NCBI GenBank assembly: GCA_002633005.1
Contig: NMRA01000013.1
Location: 329,506 to 393,505, forward strand
Length of the DNA stretch: 64,000 nucleotides
Reading direction: 5' to 3'
Source: Phoronis australis
Taxonomy: Eukaryota; Animalia; Phoronida
The translations under genes were made by a program, and so were the position numbers. Shown here piece after piece: positions 37,713 to 49,800 of this stretch. The notes under the pieces are model-generated. The model was given only the letters and a program-made list of their open reading frames with translations. It ran no database searches and was not told where the DNA came from. Each line of letters starts with the position of its first letter. The first letter of the stretch is position 1.

Positions 37713-37839
37713 ATGACGGGCAGTTTCAGTGTAACCCGGCTTTTAGCCAAAAAACGAGATGGCCTCGAGTTAACGAAGGGTGAGATCGAGTTTCTAGTTC
37801 AACAAATCACCTCTGGGGATTTGCAAGATTCACAGCTCG
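37713..37839 (+). CDS. TYMP: TYMP exon 1
   Basis: [29 protein letters not shown]...DSQL+g|gtaagt. Confidence 0.9.
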
Positions 37840-40800
37840 GTAAGTCATATAAAGCGGCGAACCCGACTAAAACGGACCTACTTGTGTCGTGTAAGCCCTC
37901 AGTGTTCCCGTTAAGCTGTTGTTATCAACGCGCCTGGGTTAAATTTGTTTACGGTTTCTGTGTGTTGTACGGCTCGGCTACACCTGAGATCAAAGAGTTT
38001 ATGTACTTAAAAATTCCGGCAATGGACAATTCTTTATGTTGTATTTGGCTTCACAAGAATAATAGAACGTGCATTAAATCATAAACTTTTGTTTCGACTT
38101 AACAAAAACATGGCTTCATATCACTTTTGTTATGTTATGTAGTCCTTTGGTGTTGGTGTATAGTCTCTGAATCCGCGTGTTCGCACAAAATGACGACGTC
38201 AAGTTTGAAACTTATGGACACGATTTTCGTATCTTACAACACATCTCATTCAAATGCCGGGTTGTTAATTTTTCTTAAAGTTTTGTCCAGTGAAATCCAC
38301 TAGCAAATGCCTCACGAATTGACGATTAAAGTCCTTGAACAAAGTCTGGAATTAAAAAAACACGATTGGAAATTTACCAAGCTACATGTAAGTAAAGGGT
38401 AAGTAACCGGCCCCATGACCCATGGAGGTTTGCTTTTCGTAAGCTGTCATTCAGCGAAGCTAAAACACAAGTGTGGCATCTTATGTGTCATGTTTTGATT
38501 GCACGGGAAATGTCAATGGTATTGTGGCGTACGGGTGCGATTTGGCTACGTATGCAGAGGTAGGACAGAACAATAGACGAGTCTTGACTAGTATATTGGA
38601 CACTGCAAACGTTTCATGAGAAGAACAACATGAGTTTGCGTGTTTTTTATTCACACGGAGGAAAACGGCTCATACACTCAAACGCGTTCAGTCTCAGTTT
38701 GAATGAAATTCTATCAAATGTGCCAACTCGAATTTATAGATGTGTTCGTATATGCTTTCGATTATTTTCTAACCTGGGTACTTTCTTGGTATAGTCAAAA
38801 TGTACCACGTACAGTTTTAATTCCAGACGAAAGGAGTTTCCAGGATCAAGTAACACGTTTTTTATTGTTAAAGCGTTCTTGCAATCTTTTTGTGGGCTGT
38901 GTGTCCGGCATTACATTAAACACACTTCCCTTGGTACCCCGTAAGCACGACTGAGAAACAATGACAGCATGTTCAATTTCGAGAGCCAATTTGATAGAAA
39001 AAAACACCCGTTTTAATACACCATAGCTTGATTTATTTCAGCCAGTGTTTTATTGCCTTGGAGTCGTGGTTATTGCGCCACGCGAAAGGGACTACACTCT
39101 ATCACAGTCCTAAACGAAAGCTTGCAGTATAGGTGGCGCTGTGTCAGAGGGTAGAAAGGGACTAGATGCCGACGGGTTGTGTTTACCACCATAGTTACGG
39201 ATGATAATTTCAGACATTGTGGTGGAAAGTGTTTTGAAGAGCTAAAAGCTGAATGAAATATAATTGATCCAGTGACGTCAAACCTATCTGAAATAGTGGT
39301 GGTAACAACTGATCAAATCGTGACGTGTGTACGTAAAATGGGAGGTCTAGGTAGGGAAGTAGAAAATATTTGGCCACTCTGAAAGGACACGATCAGTTTG
39401 CTCATACCGAGTCTAGGTCGATAGTTTATACGGGCAACAGTCCGAAAAAGGCTGACTGGGGGCCTTTCGGACTTCAAAAACATAACTTTCTCTTTCTATT
39501 ATCTTTGAAGATAAACAATCAATTAAAATTGCTATTTGGTCAATGTTCGTCAGTCCGAAGAACATAAAAATAAAGGCAGAGATTGGACATTCTAATATAA
39601 ATGGACGTGAAGCCACGTGTCTCATGAGGTGCCATTTTTGTGTTACAGCTCGCTGTCAACAACACGTGTGGTTGTAGACAGATGAAGATTTTTGGTATAT
39701 TAAACGTTTTGCTACGTTGCATAAAAAGCGCATATTAAACGTCGCTGACTTCGACGTTGGCCGTTTTTGTTCCTTTTTCAACAAGAGACAAAAATGATTA
39801 CACGGTGGGTATCCTCAAGTTTAGATATAGGCCTAAGTCACAAGAAAAAGAGTACAGTCTGAATTCAGTTCTTCGTGACAAACTAAGGATATACCGTAGT
39901 TATATATTTACAAACAATACCGTGCTTGCCGATAGATCAGAAATAATCAATTTTTGGAATGGCGCAAGTCTAAATAAGATTTTTAATCTCAACCTCTTTA
40001 AGCACTCGCTGTCCATTATGGGGAGCCAGGTGAAAACACAGAACCATAAATGAGATGATTTTAAAATCTTTGAGGACCATGATGTATTAGCACTTTGCTA
40101 AAACATGCATAATTTATGTGGCACTGTGTCATTGTTAAATAATTTTAAAAATATCAATAATGATAATATTAATGATAACGATACCGATAACGAGTAGTAG
40201 TAGTGGTGAAAGAAGTAATGGTAGTAATAGCAGTAATAGTAATAAAAATGATAATGGGTAGCCAAGTTTATGCCGTGCCAGTTCGGAGGGCATTCCTGTA
40301 GAAAAGGTATACGAAAAGTGCCGACTAAAATGATGTTTTATCACAGCAAAAGATACTCTCCAAGATAGTGCCATTTGTAACAAAAATATCTGAAAGGATG
40401 CTTTCAGTTTTCTGAATTTCTGGAACAGAAATGTACGAAAATGTGAATGTTTACGCGAAATTAGTCTCTAAATGGGTCGTTTTTTGTCCAAGCCCACTCT
40501 CTAAACGATAGGTATTCAATTTTTTCGAGCGGCACCTTTCGTCGGTCTAAAAGTACTCGAGTACCCCCGGCCGTGTCAGATACTACTTGTTCGTGATTTT
40601 GGTTATTTTCTTTGAAATATGACGTTGGTTTCGTAAAATGTAACAATGTTACATTTCTTGCATGTGCATTTGACTTAAATTGTAACAATTACATAAAATG
40701 TAACAACTTGTTACATTTTAGGAGAGGCCTAGCAGCGTAAAATGTAACAATGACGTAAAATGTAACAGTTGTCACATTTGATCTAGCTCAACTCTTAGGT

Positions 40801-43800
40801 TAGGCGTGTCTGGCGGGGTTAACCCACCGATGGGTTTGTCTGTCCGTTGGTGATACATGGGGTTATGTGTAATATTTTGCAAGCGATATTATTCGGTTAC
40901 TTCTTGGGTTAGCCTAGCTCAATTTTTGGATCTTACTGTTTTTATCTAGCAGGTTCACCTCACCACTAAAATTGTCTGGCACGGCAATCTGTTTCGCAAT
41001 CTGCGGGTTGCGTCATGATCTAGAATTTGCATTAGTGTGTACGGTTTAGTTCACGTTACCGAAATGCGAAAATAACAGAGTGTAATATTAACATAAAACG
41101 GAAACGAACTAAAGAGGTTATATGCATGACTAGTTGAAGAGGCATGGAACGAGAATGCTCACCAAAAATATCTTTTAAACAATTCCCAAGCATAGTACCA
41201 TCGCGCTACGTCTACTACAGAATAATTCATTTTCCCTGTGAGGAAATGTCCAAAACAAAACCCCAAAATCACGATTTTTGAACGAAACACGCGAAAGAAA
41301 AACTGTGATTACCACAAAGTTTCTAACCTCCCTCCCACTTATGATGAATGCGCGCATGCACTTACAGTCAGTTGCTTGAGGTCAAAGGTCACATTTTCCA
41401 TATAAGGAATATTGGCTTCATGTACGTCTATATCTTGCCATACCAAATAAGGAGACGTGCTTTACCTTGTGGGAGAAAAATCGGCAGAGTGACAAGCAGT
41501 TGACAGACACATCGCTTTTTTGAAATTTGAAACCAAAGGAAAATGCTCTTATACCAACAGAAATTAAAATTCTTTACGAACAAACCCTAAAAATACCTGC
41601 TGAGCAGATTGAATTCTCTTTCAGTGGCAGAGAACCGCTTTCAATATCGCAATTTAGTCTGTTTATCGCGTTCCAGGATAGGGATCCCTCAGACGTACTG
41701 TGTTAGTCAGGCATTCGACTTAGCTCTGAAGTGTACTGTGGGTAGCTCTTCACATTTGTGAGAGTGTAGGGCTTTCCAGAAAAGACGAGAAATAAACTCT
41801 TTCTTCAAAAAGTAAAAGTCAGTGACCCTGGTACATGTAGTGTGTTACCGTAAACAAGAGACATTGGGACACGTTTAATACGATTGTTATGTTACTAAAG
41901 AGAGTGTACTCTGGAAAATAACATTATTCATAAAAAGATACAATGTAACTTTGAACACCTGTTGAATAGCTGTCAGATATAGTGTGCATGGAGTTTTAAA
42001 ATCACCAATTTCACACCAAAACAGCGTAAACAGCCCACCAGTCGATCAAACGTCAAATTAGAACACCCACAAACATCATCTGGCGATATCTCATTCCGCT
42101 GATCTCGAGTCACGAGCATTTACTGATCCATGAATACTACGTAAAATCGTAATAACCAATCGCAGCATTAAAGTCATCTTCCACGGTGTTTAGTGTGAAA
42201 AGTCGTCAGATATTTTTGCTTATTTTCCCGTGGTTAATGTATGAGCGGCACAGTACTGGTGCACCCCCCATATCATGCGCGTACCCAGGGGTGGGACTCA
42301 GGGGCTCGAAGGAGCCCCCCATTTGGCTAAGTGGGCAAAAAGGTCCGCTTCAGAGAAACAAAAAGTCCGTGGAAACGAAACAAAAGTCCACTAAAAAGGC
42401 GCAAACGCCCAGTTCACAGCACTGAAGGTGGTACCCCGTTTTTTTCTTAGTCCACCAGCTTTTTTGTTAGCAAAAGATCCACTTGGTCAGAAATTCGAGC
42501 CCCCCCAAACTAGAGGCTGAGTGCGCGCATGCATATCATTCATGGGCGGCGCAGCACTGAAATAATTGGGGGGCAATAGCCTCCAAAGACCCCTATGGTG
42601 CGCCTCCTATGTAATGATGTAATAAGGAATGTCGAGGATGTGCGTTCTTGGTGATTGAGAAAACTTAGTACTTGACCACGATGCGTCTCAGTCTTCACTT
42701 TCTGGCGAGACATCGGGGAAGCGCGACTTACTGTAAGTTTGTTCAAGGAACACGCGTTTATGGTCATGATACACTTGCGCTGATTACGTTCATACGTTAC
42801 ACTTGAATGTGGAGCTAAGGCATTTTCGTTGTAAGTTTCTTGGGATATTGAATTCATCCTTGTGATATGCAACGCTACAAAAGAAGGTTTAATAACAGTG
42901 GCGGATCTAGGATATCACAAGGGGGGCCCAACAATCTTGTTCCGGCTGTAAGCATTTGCGCAAACCACGATTGTAGATGTGCATAGCACCGAATGGGGGG
43001 AGGTCGGGAGGGGGGTTTGCCCCCCTCCCGCCCAGGAAATTTTTCTGTTTTTTCCCCTACAAATCAAGCATTTTCCTTGATTTCTGATGTATTATCCAAG
43101 AAAAAAAGGGAAGAAAAAAAATGGAAAAATTGCGACTTTCACAGACTCGAACTCACGACCTGGCTCCTAGGACGCGCGTGCTCTGCCACTACACCACCAC
43201 GATTTCACTAAAAGCGTAAAATAAGAGACCTACTTGTTTATGGTCCACAGCGTTTGCGCGCGAAACCTACTTCNNNNNNNNNNNNNNNNNNNNNNNNNNN
43301 NNNNNNNNNNNNNNNNNNNNNNNNNNNNNNNNNNNNNNNNNNNNNNNNNNNNNNNNNNNNNNNNNNNNNNNNNNNNNNNNNNNNNNNNNNNNNNNNNNNN
43401 NNNNNNNNNNNNNNNNNNNNNNNNNNNNNNNNNNNNNNNNNNNNNNNNNNNNNNNNNNNNNNNNNNNNNNNNNNNNNNNNNNNNNNNNNNNNNNNNNNNN
43501 NNNNNNNNNNNNNNNNNNNNNNNNNNNNNNNNNNNNNNNNNNNNNNNNNNNNNNNNNNNNNNNNNNNNNNNNNNNNNNNNNNNNNNNNNNNNNNNNNNNN
43601 NNNNNNNNNNNNNNNNNNNNNNNNCAACACTAAAACTGCACACATTTAAATCTTTTTTCATCCGTATAATTTTAATTACCGGGGCAAATTAATAAACTCA
43701 ACGTTTCCCTACGCTCTTGCTGTTTTATTTTTTGGGCCAGTCAAGGGGGGGGGGGGCCCGGGCCCCCTGGGCCCCCCCCTAAATCCGCCTATGAATAATG

Positions 43801-46800
43801 CTGACCAAGTAGTCACTTGTCAAAACACGGGAAAGGTGGTCACTAACATTTAGATTGGTGGCCTAGGCTATTAATGAGAAGTTTCATTACTCAGATCTTT
43901 CTGTTGATACGACTTTCAATTTTTAACACTAAGATATTTCATTCAATTTCATCGACTTTACTAAAAACCCAAAAGTCTACATGCGTATTTTCCATTGTAG
44001 GAGCGTTTTTAATGGCCGTTTATCTGAAGTCCATGAATCTTCCGGAAACAATTCATCTGACTCGAGCCATGGTTAATTCGGGGGATACACTTCAATTGCC
44101 GTCTTCTTGGCGCGGACGTATGGTGGATAAACACAGCACTGGAGGAGTTGGTGATAAGATCAGTCTCCCATTGGCACCAGCGCTTGCTGCTTGTGACTTG
44201 AAGGTGTGACTATAGTTGTAGAGTAGGAAGATATTCAGTCCTTAATTTGAGGCAAATAGGCCTTGGACAGTACTCTACAGGAGGTGACAAGACCACTTCT
44301 GTGACCACTTTGGAGAGAGGGAACTATTTTGTTTGATGTTTTTGATGTCACATGCTATTGTATTTTATAAAGGTAAAAACTCTACATGTTTAAACGTATG
44401 CATTTTCGTGGAATGTGCCTATTTCTAATTTTGCAAATTGGACATGGAATAGAAGACATTATAGTGATAGTGAAATTAAATGCCCATAAAGTGTGATACT
44501 GCAAACAACGTTTCCTTAGGTTGTATCCGTTCATGACAACACGCAATTTTTCACATTAAAACGCCAAATTTCAAACAAATTTTTGACTGACCATTTTAAG
44601 TTTATCAAAATTAATAGTAAGCCATGAAATTTCAGTAGAAAAATCAGTCAAGTTTACACTTTTATTAAATTAGAATGGAACTGACACTTTTTGTTTTGAT
44701 TATTCAAAAGCCAATTCTAACATTATTCTCTCATTCAACTGCTTCTCAGACGATGCTCCCCCCGCCTTTGTTATATTCCTCTCGGTGCTCGGGTGTTTCG
44801 GTGTTGGTAAATTCTCTACCCTGTAATGTTCGACTTTTGGTGTGCATCAGAGCGAGCCCATTAGGACAAAAGTGACACTTTTCAGCCGTTTGTGTTGGGA
44901 AGGGGGGGAGCAATTGAAAAGAGTGGCAGCCTGGGTAGACTTTCACTGACAGGGGGAACACAACATTGAAATGAATGTTGATGAAAGAGAACTTTTCCTC
45001 ATTAAATTCCAACTGTCATTGCGGTAACCAATCAATGAATCTGATTAACGAATATTGACACCTGTTGACAAGTACACGAATTCTAAACGATATTGTTTTT
45101 TACTTATTCAGGTTCCCATGATTTCTGGTCGAGGTTTGGGTCATACTGGAGGAACATTAGATAAACTCGAGTCCATCCCCGGCTTCAACGTATACTTTTC
45201 GCCCGAAGAAATGGAGTCCATCTTAGACGAAGTGGGGTGCTGCATTGTGGGTCAGACTACTTCTCTTGTACCAGCCGACAGAATTATGTACGCTGCTCGG
45301 GATGTTACTGGAACGGTAGAAAGTCTACCTCTGATTGCCTGTATGTACCTTGGCTAAAATAAACCGTTTCGTAATTGGCATTAGGTTCAGCGAAAAAAGG
45401 CTCGAAAATTATGTCAAGCGGTTTTGTTAAAATCAATATAAACTCCTCCACAATCAGCTGAAGAATCTTTGCGCCCACATAGACTTGCGGGCGCATTATG
45501 CCTTCGCCCGTCAGGCATCCGTCCCCCCGACAAGCAACAAACGTCCGTCCAGCGTCCACTCTATCCCCCTAATCCCTTGATGGATGGTGGTGAAATTTTA
45601 CAATCATTCTTCTAGATGTGACCGCATATGAATTCGTGGTGTGCCACATATGCCAGTTACAGATTTAACGTTATTCGCTTGGTACATCGAGTTGAATGAG
45701 TCGTGATGAATTTTCGTGAAATTTGCCAAGTAGGTTTCTATAATGAAGACGACGAAACTATTTTCGGAAGAATTATTCGTTATCTGCGTCCCAGAGTGGC
45801 CATTTTCATTATTCTCAGTTTCGTTCTTTAGTGGAATCCGTGGAAAGCGCCTGAAATCATTATGCAAGTTAACAAATGCGTTTGTTTGAGACGATTACGA
45901 CTGACGTTGAATTTTGGATGGTAGAACTTCGTCTTTGATCCCTGGAAGCAATTTGGTTTGCGTATGTCTCCATGTCTATCACTGAAGGTCCTGGATGAAT
46001 TTTCATGAAATTAGAAAGACAGGTTTCTACATGTATTTTGGAGACGACGGTAGCATCCCATCTTTTTGGTGGATTTAACGTATTCTGCACCCCCATAGTG
46101 TTCATTTTTTTATTTTATGTATACTTTGGCGTCCAACTCTCTGTCCAACAAAGCGCTTGACGGATCACATTGAAAAATTAGGCGTTCCTGGATATGATCA
46201 CGACTGACGTAGATTGTCCGACGGGTCCTACTACTGTTGCCCTCTGTTGAAGCAAATTCGTTATTAACTTTACCTCAACGTACAGCGCGTCCGTTTATGT
46301 ATCTTCACGAAATATGTTATATGTGTTACGGAGAGTACCGGTAAGCTTCATTACGTGAATTCTACTAAAATTAACAAAGTTTACCCCTGTCGTTCATAGA
46401 CAACCTGTTACCATATTCTGTGCCAGTGTACGCAAACTTCGTGCGAAGTTCATCTTGCTTACCAGTAAAGCAACTGAAATCAATATACTGTAATGTGAAA
46501 TATACTGCCGATTGTAACCCACTCCGTAACACTCAATTATCACAATGCATGCCTACGAATACTCATACGCATGCATTGGAAGCTCAGGTGCCTATAGTAT
46601 TTATAGTATTGTCAAGTGGCCGACAGGGGTAAAATTCCTGCACCTGGAAAAAAATCTGATTGAGACACCAGCTTCAACTTGGTTATTAGCATGCCATGGT
46701 TACGTTCATTTTGAAAACAGTTCGACCACACCAATGTGGCAATTTGAGTTTTTATGCGCCCACATATTTATATGTGGACGCATTATGCCGTCATCTCCGT

Positions 46801-49800
46801 CCGTCCGTCCGTCCGTCCGTCCGTCCGTCCGTCCGTCCGTCCGTCCGTCCGGGCGGCGTCCGTCCGGCGTCCGGCGTCCGGCGTCCGCTGCTCTATCTCC
46901 AAAACCCTTCGACATACGTTCATGAAATTTGGCACATATGTTCCATTCATGAATGGGACGGCATGTGCGAACTTTCGGACGGATCCGACTACCGATGTGC
47001 CCCCTAGTGGCAATTTTAGTTTTTTACGCTTACCTTTGTATCTTCAAAAGTCCTGAACGGATTTTCATGAAATTTGGTATGTAGGCACCTAGTAGTGAGA
47101 TGACGCTATCCTGCCGTTTTCGGATGGATTCGACATAGTTTGCGCCACCTAGTGGCCATTTTTACTGTTTTCGAGTCTGTTTTTGTGCTTCCACCCCTCT
47201 ATCAACCAAACCGCTCAAAGGATGATTGTGAAAATTGGCATGTATGTGCTTACTATGTAGAGGACGGTTGACGATGATTTTCCGACGATTTCGACTACTG
47301 TGGCGCCTCCTAGTGGCAGTTTTTTTTTTTTTGCGCCTATGGCTGTATCTCCTAAACCGTTCGCAGGATCTTTACGAAATTGTGTAAGTATATTTATATG
47401 ATGTTAACAACGGAAGATGACGACTTTTGGACGGATCCGACTACCGGTGTGCCCCCTAGTGGCAATTTTAATTTTTTTACGCTTACCTTTGTATCTTCAC
47501 AAGTCCTTATTGGATTTTCATGAAATTTGGTATGTAGGCACCTATTAGTGAGATGACGCTATCCTCCCGTTTTCAGATGGATTCGACATAGTTTGCGCCA
47601 CCTAGTGGCCATTTTTAGTGTTTTCGAGTCTGTTTTTGTGCGTCCACCCCTCTATCAACCAAACCGCTCAAAGGATGATTGTGAAAATTGGCATGTATAT
47701 GCTTACTATGTAGAGGATGGTTGACGATGATTTTCCGACGATTTCGACTACTGTGGCGCCTCCTAGTGGCAGTTTTGTTTTTTTGCGCCTATGGCTGTAT
47801 CTCCTAAACCGTTCGCAGGATCTTTACAAATTGTGTAAGTATATTTATATGATGTTAACAACGGAAGATGACGACTTTTGGTCGGATCCGACTACCGGTG
47901 TGCCCCCTAGTGGCAATTTTAGTTTTTTACGCTTACCTTTGTATCTTCAAAAGTATTGAACGGATTTTCATGAAATTTGGTATGTAGGCACCTATTAGTG
48001 AGATGACGCTATCCTACTGTTTTCAGATGGATTCGACGTAGTTTGCGCCACCTAGTGGCCATTTTTACTGTTTTCGAGTCTGTATTTTTGCGTCCACCCC
48101 TCTATCAACCAAACTGCTCAAAGGATGATTGTGAAAATTGGCGTGTATGTGCTTACTATAAGGAAGACAGCTGACAATGATTTTCAGACGATTTGGACTA
48201 CTGTGGCGCCTCCTAGTGGCAGTTTTGTTTTTTTGCGCCCATGGCTGTATCTCCCAAACCGTTTGCAGGATCTTTACTAAATTTAGCAAGTGTATTTATG
48301 TGATGTTGACAACGGACGATGACGACTTTAGGATGATTCTGACTACCGGTATGCCTCTTGTGGCAATTTTAGTATTTGCCTCTAGTGGCAATTTTAGTAT
48401 TTTACATTGACCTCTGTATTTTCATAGGTCTTCAGGTGTATACTTTGTGTTACTTCGTGACTGTGAAGGAAAAGTTCTAAGTAGAAATTTGTTTCTGGCA
48501 TTCTAATGCTGTGCTAATCTCGTATGTTGGTAAATTTGTTTTTAATTCTATGTTTCTGTGGTGCTTTAAGCAAATGGTGTATAGGATGTGCTTGTATTAT
48601 GAAGATAACTCACATTTTGCCCCTAGCCTATTGAGGAGACTATGACCATGCCTTTCCATTTTGCAAAGTATGCCCTCTACTGGCCAATTTATGGTACCAA
48701 TAAACAACCCTAGAAGGATACCGTATGCGGTGCAATTGTGGGCGCATTTCAACGCTCCGCGTTGCTCTTGTTTGCTTATGCTTTGTAAAATTCCTCCACC
48801 TGGAAACAATCTGATTGAGACACTAGCTTCAACTTGGTTATTAGCAGGTCATGGTGATGTTTATTTTGGAAAGGGTTCGACAACAACACTGTGGCAATTT
48901 GAGCAGTAGCTAGTAAGGATGAGAATAAGTTGACGGGTGAAGTCCGAAGCTATTATACAGATCAAACAGACGATTCTTTAGAGTTTGTAACTTTAATCTT
49001 CCGAGTTTTGCTGTTACATACCTTTTGGATTCTTCTGCTGAAATATTGCAATCTGGTTGTTCCGCATTTTTTGTGTTTAACCCTCTGTTAATATTTTCAG
49101 CGTCAATAGTATCCAAAAAGGTAGCGGAAAATTTGGATGCACTCGTACTGGACGTTAAAGCAGGTAGTGGATCTACCGTAGACGACTCCAAAGTGCTAGC
49201 GGAGTGGATGGTAAACACCTTGTCTGGTACTGCAATGGGATATCTTGTTCAAAATCAAGCTCCAAATCCCATCTATGGTCGTAAGCTTTAGTGACCCGAG
49301 GCGCTGTCATTTACTTGGTCCAGATGATGCTGTTGCATGTATCTTTCACGATTACTCACTCTGTTCACCCACATGTACATATGTGGATACACATTACCAT
49401 CTTCTCTATTTGGGGCCCAACGTCCTCTGGTGTAACTCCTATATCATTTGAAGGATAGCAATGAAATTTCACAGATGCTGTGGAGCTAACGACAGATGAC
49501 GACGATTTTAGCGCTCATCCAACTACCGCTGTGACCACCGGCCTCCCCCCCCCCCCTCCCCCAACCGCACTTTGGTTTTTATGTTTGTCGCTAGGTCTAA
49601 AGAGATACTTGATGGATCTTCATGAAATTTGGCCAATGTGTTTCTATTTCGTCAAAGACGACGCCTTTCGAATTTGGGACGGATTCAACGTATTCTGGCC
49701 CTCTTATTTGATAATTCTATTATTTAATCTGATTTCCTCCATCTGTCAATCTATCACACAAATCGCTCGTTGGATCATGGCCACAGCTGCCGTTGATTTT

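Noticed and set aside
43230-43692. Long X-containing ORFs (also at 15.2-15.5 kb and 32.5-32.8 kb)
   Set aside because: Artefacts of assembly N-gaps.
46545-47056. Overlapping ORFs with SVRP/DGRT repeats
   Set aside because: They are translations of the (TCCG)n microsatellite inside the HINE.
46960-48400. CRISPR-like regular repeats
   Set aside because: The intervening sequences are themselves repeated, the context is eukaryotic and there are no cas genes. This is a tandem TE core.
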